From Pontixanthobacter sp. (lineage in GTDB: Bacteria > Pseudomonadota > Alphaproteobacteria > Sphingomonadales > Sphingomonadaceae), in assembly GCA_965223995.1 (NCBI GenBank), contig CBDCXY010000017.1, forward strand, positions 520,519 through 584,518: 64,000 nucleotides of DNA, given 5' to 3'. Position 1 is the stretch's first letter. Each line of letters begins with the position of its first letter. The position numbers and the translations under genes are program-made. Below are positions 1 through 9,096 of this stretch, one piece after another. The notes beneath the pieces are model-generated. The model was not told the DNA's origin. It did not search any database and worked only from the letters and a program-made list of their open reading frames with translations.

Positions 1-89
1 AAACACGCAACATTAGATTGGCAAGTTATTAGAATTAGCAAGAAAATGACGGGTAGACTCGGCTTCCAAGCTCTGCCAATCCGGCCCGC

Positions 90-1301
90 ATGGACGCACC
101 CAATTCCTACCGCGCGCAGCCCGACTCAAGTGGCCATTTCGGCGACTTTGGCGGACGCTATGTGGCCGAAACATTAATGCCGCTGATCCTCGATCTGGAG
201 CGTGAATATCGCGCTGCGCAGGCCGATCCGGCATTTCAGGCAGAATTCGACGATCTGCTTGAACACTATGTCGGTCGCCCCAGTCCACTCTATTTCGCTG
301 AACGGCTGACTGAGGCGGTCGGGGGGGCACAGGTGTGGTTTAAACGCGACGAATTGAACCATACCGGCGCGCATAAGATCAACAATTGCATCGGCCAGAT
401 CCTGCTCGCGATGCGCATGGGCAAGACACGGATTATCGCCGAGACCGGAGCGGGACAGCACGGCGTAGCGACCGCCACCGTCTGCGCGCGCTTCGGCCTG
501 CCCTGCGTGATCTATATGGGAGCGACCGACGTGGCGCGTCAGCAGCCCAACGTGTTCCGCATGAAGCTGCTCGGCGCGGAGGTGGTTCCGGTGACTGCTG
601 GTGCGGCGACGCTCAAGGATGCGATGAACGAGGGGCTGCGCGACTGGGTCGCGAATGTGCACGATACCTTTTACATCATCGGCACCGCCGCCGGACCGCA
701 CCCCTACCCCGAACTGGTGCGCGATTTCCAGAGCGTAATCGGCAAGGAAGCGCGCCAGCAGATGATGGACCGCGTGGGCCGTCTGCCCGACCTGCTGGTC
801 GCAGCAATCGGCGGCGGATCGAATGCGCTGGGCCTGTTCCATCCCTTCTTGGATGATGCGGACGTAAAGATGCTCGGCGTGGAAGCCGCTGGACACGGCC
901 TCGACGGAGACGAACACGCCGCCAGCCTGCTCGGCGGCGCGCCGGGCGTACTCCACGGTAACAAGACGTACCTGCTTCAGGACGAGGACGGCCAGATCAC
1001 CGAAGGCCACTCGATCAGCGCAGGTCTCGACTATCCCGGCATCGGCCCCGAACACGCCTGGCTGAAAGAAAGCGGCCGGGTGAACTACACCGCCGTCACC
1101 GATGACGAGGCGCTGGAGGCATTCCAGCTGCTCTGCCGGACCGAGGGTATTATCCCCGCGCTGGAACCAAGCCACGCGATTGCGGCGGTGGTCGAGCGAG
1201 CGAAGGAAATGCCCAATGACGCGATTATCCTCGCGAATCTGTGCGGGCGCGGCGACAAGGATATTTTCACTGTGGCGGATAAGCTTGGGGTGGAGATTTG
1301 A
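90..1301 (+). CDS. trpB: tryptophan synthase beta chain
   Basis: 403-aa ORF with the PLP-lysine motif HTGAHKINN and a GGGSNA loop. It sits upstream of trpA/accD/folC, the arrangement common in Alphaproteobacteria. Confidence 0.95.
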   Translation: MDAPNSYRAQPDSSGHFGDFGGRYVAETLMPLILDLEREYRAAQADPAFQAEFDDLLEHYVGRPSPLYFAERLTEAVGGAQVWFKRDELNHTGAHKINNCIGQILLAMRMGKTRIIAETGAGQHGVATATVCARFGLPCVIYMGATDVARQQPNVFRMKLLGAEVVPVTAGAATLKDAMNEGLRDWVANVHDTFYIIGTAAGPHPYPELVRDFQSVIGKEARQQMMDRVGRLPDLLVAAIGGGSNALGLFHPFLDDADVKMLGVEAAGHGLDGDEHAASLLGGAPGVLHGNKTYLLQDEDGQITEGHSISAGLDYPGIGPEHAWLKESGRVNYTAVTDDEALEAFQLLCRTEGIIPALEPSHAIAAVVERAKEMPNDAIILANLCGRGDKDIFTVADKLGVEI

Positions 1302-1558
1302 TGGGTTGGCAATTTAAGACTCGCATGTCTCGCCTTGTATTGGTGCTCGTGACAGCATGGGTAATTGGTTGGACTGTGTTCGCGAATTTGACATTCGAAA
1401 CCGTATGCCCGCTCGAGAATGGGAGTGCGTTCGACTGTGCCTTGGAAGGTGTCGATCAAGTTTGGAGCGAGCGCTCGTGGTTGATCTATCTTTCGGTCTT
1501 GGCTGCTCCAATCCTCATTTCGATCGGCGTAGGCTGGGCCTTGCGAGACAGCAAATGA
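1301..1558 (+). CDS. small hypothetical membrane protein
   Basis: 85-aa ORF whose ATG overlaps the trpB stop (TGATG). It has two hydrophobic segments, visibly lower GC than its neighbours, and no family I recognise. Confidence 0.4.
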   Translation: MGWQFKTRMSRLVLVLVTAWVIGWTVFANLTFETVCPLENGSAFDCALEGVDQVWSERSWLIYLSVLAAPILISIGVGWALRDSK

Positions 1559-1594
1559 AGCGCCGCCCCTTCTTTCTCACGCATCCCAAAAAAT

Positions 1595-1630
1595 CCTCTC
1601 CCCTTCAGGGGAGAGGGTTGGGAGAGGGGG
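1595..1630. repeat. left copy of a perfect 36-bp inverted repeat flanking the DUF559 gene
   Basis: cctctccccttcaggggagagggttgggagaggggg is the exact reverse complement of 1994-2029. It contains an internal 10-bp hairpin and ends 1 nt before the DUF559 ATG. Confidence 0.9.
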
Positions 1631-2038
1631 ATGCGTGACCCGAAACTTACCAATCGCGCGCGGAAAATGCGCCGCGAGATGACTGAGCCCGAAACGCGGC
1701 TGTGGCTGCAATTGCGAGCGAAGCGATTCGAAGAGATCAAGTTCCGACGGCAAAAGGTTATACAGGACGATACGCATCGCTACATCGTCGACTTTGCGGC
1801 CAACGACCCTAAGCTCGTCATCGAGCTGGACGGCGATACGCATGCTGGCCAAGAGAAATACGACGCACGGAGGACGCGCTTTCTTGAAGAGCAAGGATAT
1901 CATGTGGTCAGGTTCACCAACACAGATGTAATCTCGAATATGGATGGGGTGTTGGAGCGATTGATTAAGGTGATAACGAAGTTGCGATTACGGCCCCCTC
2001 TCCCAACCCTCTCCCCTGAAGGGGAGAGGGCTTTATGA
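1631..2038 (+). CDS. DUF559 (Vsr-like) endonuclease domain protein
   Basis: 135-aa ORF with the typical DUF559 pattern: MTxxExxLWxxLR, FRRQ, IVDF, and VIELDGDTH...R..FLE..GY.V.RF.N. The stop overlaps the trpA ATG (ATGA), and the last 12 codons are encoded by the right inverted repeat. Confidence 0.8.
   Translation: MRDPKLTNRARKMRREMTEPETRLWLQLRAKRFEEIKFRRQKVIQDDTHRYIVDFAANDPKLVIELDGDTHAGQEKYDARRTRFLEEQGYHVVRFTNTDVISNMDGVLERLIKVITKLRLRPPLPTLSPEGERAL
1994..2029. repeat. right copy of the 36-bp inverted repeat
   Basis: ccccctctcccaaccctctcccctgaaggggagagg is the exact reverse complement of 1595-1630. Confidence 0.9.
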
Positions 2039-2809
2039 CCCGCCTCTCAGATGCCTTCACCTCCCCCGCCCTCGTCTGCTTCATCACCGCTGGTGACAGC
2101 GACACGGCGGCCAATCTCGATGCACTGGTCGAGGGCGGTGCGGATGTGATCGAGCTGGGCATGCCCTTTACCGATCCGATGGCCGATGGGCCTGCGATCC
2201 AGGAGGCGAACCTGCGCTCGCTTGCCAAGCGGACCACCACCGACGGACATCTTCGCCCTCGCCGCGCAGTTCCGGCTGCGTCATCCCGAGGTGCCGTTGA
2301 TCCTGATGGGCTATGCCAATCCGATGATCCGGCGCGGGCCGGAGTGGTTCGCCGAGGAGTGCGCAAAAGCGGGCGTCGATGGGGTGATCTGCGTCGATAT
2401 CCCGCCCGAAGAGGACGCTGCGCTTGGTCCTGCCCTGCGGGAACGCGGAATCGCGCCTATCCGGCTCGCCACCCCGACCACCGACGACAAGCGCCTGCCG
2501 CAAGTCCTCGAAGGGTCGGACGGGTTCCTATACTACGTTTCGGTGGCAGGGATCACCGGCAAGCAACAGGCACAGACCGCTTCCATCGAAGAAGCCGTCG
2601 GCAAGCTCAAAGCCGCCACCGACCTGCCCGTTGCCGTTGGTTTCGGTGTCCGCACGCCCGAACAGGCCGCCGCTATCGCCAAGGTCGCCGATGGTGTGGT
2701 CGTCGGGTCGGCCTTGGTCGAACTGGTCGGCAAATATGGCGCCGAGGCGCCCGCTGCGCTAAAGGAGCTGACTTCGGCTCTCGCACAAGCGGTCAAGACC
2801 GCGCGCTAA
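2035..2809 (+). pseudogene. trpA: tryptophan synthase alpha chain with one apparent frameshift near 2230-2246
   Basis: The N-terminal part ([28 protein letters not shown]) is in frame 1. The remainder ([10 protein letters not shown]...LMGYANP...[10 protein letters not shown]...VGFGV) is in frame 2 from about 2243 onward. Confidence 0.85.
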
Positions 2810-2819
2810 GGAATATCAG

Positions 2820-3669
2820 ATGAACTGGCTAACCCGCGTCCGCAATTCGCTCCCCTTCGGCAACAAGCGCGAAACCGACGGCAATCTCTGGGTCAAAATG
2901 CCCCAATTGCAAGGAGATGCTCTTCCAGAAGGAGTATGAGGAAAACCAGCAGGTTTGCCCGCGCTGCGACCATCATGGGCGGATCGGTGCCGATGAGCGG
3001 CTGACGCAGCTGCTCGATATGGGGTTCGAGGTGCTCGAGCAGCCCGAGGTCAAGGAAGACCCGCTCAAATTCAAGGATTCCAAGAAGTATACCGACCGGC
3101 TGAAACAGGCCCGCGCCAAGAACCCGCATCAGGATGCGTTCAGCGTCGGATCGGGCCAGATCGAAGGCCATGATGCGGTCGTCGGGGTGCAGGATTTCGG
3201 CTTTATGGGCGGATCGATGGGCATGGCCGTGGGCACCGCCTTCTGCGCGGGGGCCGAACGCGCTTTGACGCGCAAATGCGCCTATGTCGTTGTCACCGCA
3301 GCGGGCGGAGCGCGGATGCAGGAGGGCATCCTCAGCCTGATGCAGATGCCCAAAGCGACCGTGATGACGCGCCGGCTGAAAGAGGCCGGACTGCCCTATA
3401 TCGTCGTGCTGACCGACCCGACCACGGGCGGCGTTACGGCGAGCTATGCGATGCTGGGCGATATCCATATTGCCGAGCCGGGCTGCCTGATCGGCTTTGC
3501 CGGCCAGCGCGTGATCCAGGACACGATCCGCGAGAAACTGCCCGAAGGCTTCCAGCGCGCCGAGTACCTGCGCAAGCACGGCATGGTCGATATGGTCGTC
3601 CACCGGCATGAACTGCGCGAAACCTTGGCACAATTGCTCGACTATCTGCAGGGTGCGAAGGCGGCTTGA
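2820..3669 (+). pseudogene. accD: acetyl-CoA carboxylase carboxyltransferase beta subunit with a single-base frame break in an A4 run (likely artefact)
   Basis: [26 protein letters not shown] is read from ATG 2820. After aaaa at 2895-2898 the zinc-ribbon [12 protein letters not shown]...CPRC and the rest of AccD continue in the +1 frame (ORF 2917-3669). Confidence 0.85.
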
Positions 3670-3676
3670 TAACCCG

Positions 3677-5005
3677 ATGAGAGATTTCGGTCGCTCGGAC
3701 GACCCGGCCGTCCAAGCCCAACTCGACCGGTTGGCGAAACTGTCGCTGCCAGAGGGCCGTCTCGGACTCGAAACCATCCGCGCTCTGCTCGACCGGCTCG
3801 GCAATCCGCATCGCAAGCTACCGCCCGTGTTCCACGTCGCCGGAACCAACGGCAAAGGCTCGGTCTGCGCTTTCCTGCGCGCGATGCTGGAAGCCGATGG
3901 CAAGACCGTCCACGTCACCACCAGCCCGCATCTGGTCCGCTATAACGAGCGCATCCGCATCGCCGGAAAGCTGATCGAGGACGCGCATCTGGCGAAGCTG
4001 CTGGAGGAAGTGCTCGATGCGGGAGAAGACCTCGGCCCCAGCTTCTTCGAAGTCACCATCGCCGCCGCCTTCCTCGCCTTCTCGCGCACCCCTGCCGATG
4101 CCTGCGTGGTCGAGGTTGGACTGGGCGGACGGTTCGATGCAACCAATGTGCTGGATCCGGAGGCAGTCGTAGCCTGCGGAATCACAGCACTGGGCCTCGA
4201 CCACGAACGCTTCCTGCTCGCACCGGAGGAAGGTGTTCCCACCGAAGCGATGGCGAGGATAGCGTTCGAGAAGGCGGGGATTGCGAAGAAGGGTGTGCCT
4301 CTGGTGACTTTGGGTGACCGTTACCCGATGGAGGCTCAGGCAGCAGTCAGGGAAGTCGCAAAGAAGGTCATGGCTCCGCTCAGTGAATTCGGTTCAGATT
4401 GGATGTGCAACGAGGCAGAAGGAGGAACGCTGTATTTCTACGAGTATGGCGACGATAGTTTTGAACGAGACTTCCCCCTCCCCAGCATTCCCGGCTCTCA
4501 TCAAGCAAAGAACGCCGCACTAGCCATCGCAATGATCAGATCGCAGCAGTCAGTTCCCGTGTCCATTGCTGCAATCAAATCTGGATTACTGCACGCTAGA
4601 TGGCCCGCGCGTCTGCAAGAGCTTGGCGAAGGTCCGCTTACAGCCTTGTGCTCGAACGAGAAGATCATTCTCGATGGCGGGCACAACCAAAGCGCGGGTG
4701 AGGCGTTGGCTGCTGCATTGCCTGATAATCCTGACTCACTGCACCTCGTCTTGGGAATGCTGGCAAACAAGGATCCAATGGCTATCCTCGGACCGCTCGG
4801 CGATCGCATCCGCAGCCTCACGGTTGTCAGCGTGCCGGGTTATGACAGCCGTCCTGCTGAAGCTTTCGGCCCAGATGCACGGCCTGCTGCCGATATCGAG
4901 GAGGCGCTGCTGAACCTGCCTTCGGACGATTACCCCGTCCTCATCGCAGGCTCACTCTACCTCGCCGGCGAAGTGCTCCGCCTCAACGACGAAATTCCCG
5001 ACTGA
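3677..5005 (+). CDS. folC: bifunctional folylpolyglutamate synthase / dihydrofolate synthase
   Basis: Contains the Mur-ligase P-loop HVAGTNGKGS and the VEVGLGGRFDATNV motif. It occupies the conserved position after accD. Start taken at the ATG at 3677. Confidence 0.85.
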   Translation: MRDFGRSDDPAVQAQLDRLAKLSLPEGRLGLETIRALLDRLGNPHRKLPPVFHVAGTNGKGSVCAFLRAMLEADGKTVHVTTSPHLVRYNERIRIAGKLIEDAHLAKLLEEVLDAGEDLGPSFFEVTIAAAFLAFSRTPADACVVEVGLGGRFDATNVLDPEAVVACGITALGLDHERFLLAPEEGVPTEAMARIAFEKAGIAKKGVPLVTLGDRYPMEAQAAVREVAKKVMAPLSEFGSDWMCNEAEGGTLYFYEYGDDSFERDFPLPSIPGSHQAKNAALAIAMIRSQQSVPVSIAAIKSGLLHARWPARLQELGEGPLTALCSNEKIILDGGHNQSAGEALAAALPDNPDSLHLVLGMLANKDPMAILGPLGDRIRSLTVVSVPGYDSRPAEAFGPDARPAADIEEALLNLPSDDYPVLIAGSLYLAGEVLRLNDEIPD

Positions 5006-5266
5006 TCAGTCGCGCCTGGGCAGCAGTTTCGCCAGCGCCCTGCCCGAAAATGCACCCACCATCGCGATCACACCGGACAGTGCAAAGCCCATCATCAGCG
5101 TAACGAACCACAGCGCCTCGGACTTGTCGAAGACAATGAAGGCCACGACGAAATAGCTGAACGCGACCAGAAGCACGATCATGCCGGGCTTGAGTTTCGA
5201 GAATACCCCGCCCGCCAGCGCCGCGGTCCCGGCGATGATCAGCAGGATGACTTCGATCTCAGGCAT
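5006..5266 (-). CDS. small hypothetical membrane protein
   Basis: 86-aa ORF with three hydrophobic helices. It fills the gap between folC and ampG, and its start overlaps the ampG 3-prime end by 8 nt. Confidence 0.45.
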   Translation of the reverse strand: MPEIEVILLIIAGTAALAGGVFSKLKPGMIVLLVAFSYFVVAFIVFDKSEALWFVTLMMGFALSGVIAMVGAFSGRALAKLLPRRD

Positions 5267-6962
5267 TCTTGAGGGCGGTCGCGTCGATACCGCTGTCTGC
5301 GCCCAGCCGCGACACGCGCATCCACTCGATCACACACAGCACCACCGCCCCCAGCCCGATTAGCGTCGTGAGGATAAACACATCGAAATAGCCCTGATCC
5401 TCGATCATCTTGCCCAGCGCGCCGCGTCCGAGCGTTCCGACCAGCAATGTCAACGAAGACAACAGCGCATATTGCACAGCCGAGTATTTCCGCGAGACGA
5501 TGCTGGATAGATAAGCGACGAAGGCCGCCCCGGCGATACCAACAGCGATATTCTCGCCCGCAATAGCCGCCATGAGTTTGGCGAGCCGCGCATCGCCACC
5601 GAGCTGCGTGACGAGCCAGCTAAACCCGGTTGCATCGCTGACGGCCTGAACAACGGCCCCACCGCGCGCGAGATCGGCGTAAAGCAGGTTCGTGATTGCC
5701 GCGAGAAATGCACCCAGCGTCAGCGTCATCATCCGGCCCAGCGTCGTGAGCAGATAGCCACCCAGCGCAAGACCCGCCATCAGCGCCACTACGCCGAAGA
5801 ACTTGGATGCGACCGCGACCTCGTCCTTCGTATATTCAAGCTCACCCAAATAGAACGGATAAGCAAAGCTGCCCCAGATCGCGTCGGTGATGCGATAGGT
5901 CAGCACCAGCGCAAGGACGATCACCAAGGCCCAGCGGATGCGCCCGACAAAATCGGTCAGTGGCAGGATCAGCGCGCGATAGAGATGATCGAGCGCGCGG
6001 TCGGCGGTGCTCTTTGCCGGAGCAGCGGCGGCGAGCAGGTTCTGTCCGCTGTTCTCCAACTTCACCAGCCATGCCGCAATCAGCGCGGGAACGACCACGG
6101 TGGCAATCACCACCAGCGGTCCGAAGGTCGAGATAAACGCCACCGAGTCAGGCCGCGCATCGGGGTCAGACGACAGCGAGCGAACCATGAAAACGCCAAC
6201 CGTGATCAGCGCCCAGGCCCATAATGCGCCCACTGCAAACAACGCCGTCATCCGTGTCTTGGGATTGAGTTGACCGGCCTCGCGCAATCCGTGCGAATCG
6301 TCTTCTCCAGATTCGGAAACTTCGGAATCCACGTCGGGCGCGAACAATCCGGCAAAACCGACCACCAGCAGGATCGCACCCATGGTCAGGTAAACCGTCG
6401 GCCAGCTCGTCCGCTCGGCAAGAAACAGGGCAAAGGCACCGCCCACCAGCGCGGCGATGCGGTAGCCCATCTGATAGACGGTCGAGAGGATATCAATGGT
6501 CGCGACTTCATCGGCGACATCCACGCGCCACGCGTCGATCACCACGTCCTGCGTCGCCGAGGCAAAAGCCCCGAGCCCCGCCAGTAGCGAAAACCAGCCA
6601 AGCGCGCTCTTCGGGTCGAGCATCGACAGGATCACAAGAAACGCGCCGAGCATCAGCTGCGCGGTCACGATCCATTGCTTGCGCTTGCCGAGCTTGCGCA
6701 GGACCGGCAGGTCGATCCGGTCAAGCGCGGGCGACCACAGGAACTTGAACGCGTAAGCCAGTCCGATCAGCGAGAAGACACCCATCGTTTCCAGGTCGAC
6801 CTCTGCATCGGACAGCCACGCATAGAGCGTGCCAAGCAGCAATGCATAGGGCAGCCCGGCGGCAAACCCGAACAACAGCATAAAGGCCGTCTTGCGGTGG
6901 CCCAGCGCCGAAAGCACCTTGCGCCAGCCCGGCTTGTCCGTTTGTGCAGTTGCTTCGGCCAT
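5259..6962 (-). CDS. ampG: AmpG-family muropeptide MFS transporter
   Basis: 567-aa polytopic protein. The N-terminal signature LLFGFAAGLPYALLLGTLYAWL...FKFLWSPALDR is typical of AmpG permeases. Confidence 0.75.
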   Translation of the reverse strand: MAEATAQTDKPGWRKVLSALGHRKTAFMLLFGFAAGLPYALLLGTLYAWLSDAEVDLETMGVFSLIGLAYAFKFLWSPALDRIDLPVLRKLGKRKQWIVTAQLMLGAFLVILSMLDPKSALGWFSLLAGLGAFASATQDVVIDAWRVDVADEVATIDILSTVYQMGYRIAALVGGAFALFLAERTSWPTVYLTMGAILLVVGFAGLFAPDVDSEVSESGEDDSHGLREAGQLNPKTRMTALFAVGALWAWALITVGVFMVRSLSSDPDARPDSVAFISTFGPLVVIATVVVPALIAAWLVKLENSGQNLLAAAAPAKSTADRALDHLYRALILPLTDFVGRIRWALVIVLALVLTYRITDAIWGSFAYPFYLGELEYTKDEVAVASKFFGVVALMAGLALGGYLLTTLGRMMTLTLGAFLAAITNLLYADLARGGAVVQAVSDATGFSWLVTQLGGDARLAKLMAAIAGENIAVGIAGAAFVAYLSSIVSRKYSAVQYALLSSLTLLVGTLGRGALGKMIEDQGYFDVFILTTLIGLGAVVLCVIEWMRVSRLGADSGIDATALKNA

Positions 6963-7034
6963 TCCCTAGCGTCCTTCCCGTTTACGCAAGTTTCTGCGAC
7001 ACTAGCCGCAGGAGAGACCAATAGGAATGCTTCG

Positions 7035-8195
7035 ATGAACGACATCGATACACATGTCCCCAGCTTGCGTCCGACAGCGGGCCAACTTGCCCTTGCCGAG
7101 AACATTCGCCGCGATGAAACGCGCGAGGCTGACCGGATCACTACGGTCCCCGCCTCGGTCTATACCGATCCCGATCACTGGAGCCGCGAGAAGTCGGCAC
7201 TGTTCGACCGGTTGCCGCAGGTCATCGCCCCGTCTGCGCTACTCCCTGAGCCAGGCATGGTCGTGCCGCATGACGATACCGGGCGGCCGCTGCTGATCGC
7301 GCGCGATGCAGAGGGCGAGGCGCATGTGTTCCTGAACGTTTGCCGCCATCGCGGAACGCGGCTGGTCGAGGGCAAGGATGTGCAATGCGCCAAGCGGCTG
7401 GTCTGCCCATACCACGCCTGGACCTACAAGCTCGATGGCAAGCTGCTCGCCCTTCCCCGCCCTGAGACCTTTCCCGAACTCGACAAGGCAGAGCATTCTC
7501 TGGTCGAGTTACCAAGCTGCGAAGCCGGCGGGTTAATCTGGTTCGCGCCGGTAGAGGGTGCGGATTTCAGCGATGCAAAGAAACTGGGCGAGGATTTCGA
7601 CGCTTTCGGGATGGCCGACCATTTCCTTTACCGCCGAAAAACGCATCAGGTGGCAGGAAACTGGAAGCTGATCATGGATGCTTTCCTCGAAAGCTATCAC
7701 GTCACCCGGCTGCACGCGAACACGATCGGACCGTTCTTCAAAGACGGGATTACTTCGGGCGATATGGTTGGCCCACATGCGCGCTCTGCGGTGGGTCGGC
7801 TGGAGGAGCTGGAGAATGTCGATTTCAACGACATGGCCGCTTTACGCCGGGTGATCACCTTCGCCTACCAACTGCTGCCGGCAACGGTGATCGTGCCCAG
7901 CCCCGACTATCTCAACATCATGGTTCTGATGCCGACCGCGCACAACCACACGGTGGTCGAGGACTTCATGCTGATCCCCGAAGAGCCCAAGACCGACAAG
8001 GCCCGCGATCATTGGGAGCGCAGCTGGAACCTGCTCGATGGCGGTGTGTTCGCGAGCGAGGATTTCCGCGCGGCGGAATTAGGGCAGCAGGGATTATCGA
8101 GCGGTGTGGTGCCGGAATTGACGCTCGGCACGCTGGAGGCGGGTATCAGGCGTTTCCATGAAACCGTGCACGAGGCGTTACGCGCGGCCAATTGA
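7035..8195 (+). CDS. Rieske [2Fe-2S] aromatic ring-hydroxylating oxygenase alpha subunit-like protein
   Basis: Contains the Rieske motif CRHRG...CPYHAW. The C-terminal catalytic-domain-like region includes FLESYH. Start taken at the ATG at 7035. Confidence 0.75.
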   Translation: MNDIDTHVPSLRPTAGQLALAENIRRDETREADRITTVPASVYTDPDHWSREKSALFDRLPQVIAPSALLPEPGMVVPHDDTGRPLLIARDAEGEAHVFLNVCRHRGTRLVEGKDVQCAKRLVCPYHAWTYKLDGKLLALPRPETFPELDKAEHSLVELPSCEAGGLIWFAPVEGADFSDAKKLGEDFDAFGMADHFLYRRKTHQVAGNWKLIMDAFLESYHVTRLHANTIGPFFKDGITSGDMVGPHARSAVGRLEELENVDFNDMAALRRVITFAYQLLPATVIVPSPDYLNIMVLMPTAHNHTVVEDFMLIPEEPKTDKARDHWERSWNLLDGGVFASEDFRAAELGQQGLSSGVVPELTLGTLEAGIRRFHETVHEALRAAN

Positions 8196-8210
8196 CGGAT
8201 CCCCCAAGCC

Positions 8211-8286
8211 GTCATCCCAGAGCAGGCTGGGATCTTTTTCAACCAAGCGCCAGCTTCAGACCGATCCCAGCTTTCGCTGGGATGAC
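8211..8286. repeat. REP/MITE-like double-hairpin element
   Basis: gtcatcccag-agcagg-ctgggatc (8211-8234) and gatcccag-ctttcg-ctgggatgac (8263-8286) are each hairpins, and they are inverted relative to each other. Confidence 0.7.
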
Positions 8287-8307
8287 GATGCTTGTAGGGG
8301 CATCGCA

Positions 8308-9096
8308 ATGACAGATTCTCAATCAGGCAAATCGCGCCCCGAAGGCCACCGCATCGCCAAGCTGCTCGCGCGCGCGGGTGTCGCCAGCCGCCGTGAGGTC
8401 GAGCGGATGATCGGCGATGGGCGTGTCGCGATAGGTGGCAAGGTGCTGGAAACCCCGGCAACGATCATCCCGAACCTGGACGGTGTGACGGTCGATGGCA
8501 AACCCGTCGGCAAGCCCGCGCCCGCGCGGCTGTTCTGTTTTCACAAGCCGACCGGATTGCTCACCGCCGAGCGCGATTTTTCGGGCCGCGCGACGATCTA
8601 CGATGCTCTGGTCAATGCGCTGCCCAAAGATGCGCCGCGCGTGATGCCGATTGGCCGCCTCGACATAAACACCGAGGGTTTGCTGTTGCTGACCAATGAC
8701 GGCGAACTGAAGCGGGCGATGGAATTGCCGCGCTCGCAGATCCCGCGCACCTACCGCGCCCGCGCATTCGGCGAAATCACGCAGGCGCAGCTCGAAGAGT
8801 TGATGGACGGCATCACCATCGACGGAGTGCGCTATGGGCGAATCGACGCTAATCTCGAGCAGCGCAGCAAACATACCGGCGGTCGCAACCAGTGGATCGA
8901 AATGACCATTACCGAGGGCAAGAACCGCGAGGTTCGTAACGTGCTCGAACACCTTGGTCTCAAGGTGAACCGCCTGATGCGCACCGCCTATGGCCCCTTC
9001 ATCCTCGGTGACCTGGCGCGCGGCACGGCGTCGGAGGTCAAGCAGGTCGAAGTCGAGCGTTACCGCAAGCAATTGCAGCGCGAAGGCAAGAGATGA
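8308..9096 (+). CDS. rluB: RluB/RsuA-family pseudouridine synthase
   Basis: S4-like N-terminus (RIAKLLARAGVASRREVERMI) followed by the catalytic motif GRLDINTEGLLLLTNDG. Confidence 0.8.
   Translation: MTDSQSGKSRPEGHRIAKLLARAGVASRREVERMIGDGRVAIGGKVLETPATIIPNLDGVTVDGKPVGKPAPARLFCFHKPTGLLTAERDFSGRATIYDALVNALPKDAPRVMPIGRLDINTEGLLLLTNDGELKRAMELPRSQIPRTYRARAFGEITQAQLEELMDGITIDGVRYGRIDANLEQRSKHTGGRNQWIEMTITEGKNREVRNVLEHLGLKVNRLMRTAYGPFILGDLARGTASEVKQVEVERYRKQLQREGKR

Noticed and set aside
1-89. AT-rich stretch with the imperfect direct repeat attagattggcaag / attagaattagcaag upstream of trpB
   Set aside because: It may be a promoter or operator, but it sits at the window edge with no upstream context and the repeat is weak. 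That is not enough to call a site.
174-1175. 333-aa ORF on the minus strand
   Set aside because: It is antisense to trpB and has no motifs, so it is a shadow ORF. The same applies to 2893-3921, 10835-11647, 14378-15325, 16555-17574, 39974-41080, 45367-46248, 47010-47813, 48454-49326, 51768-52628, 56053-57033 and 57081-58103.
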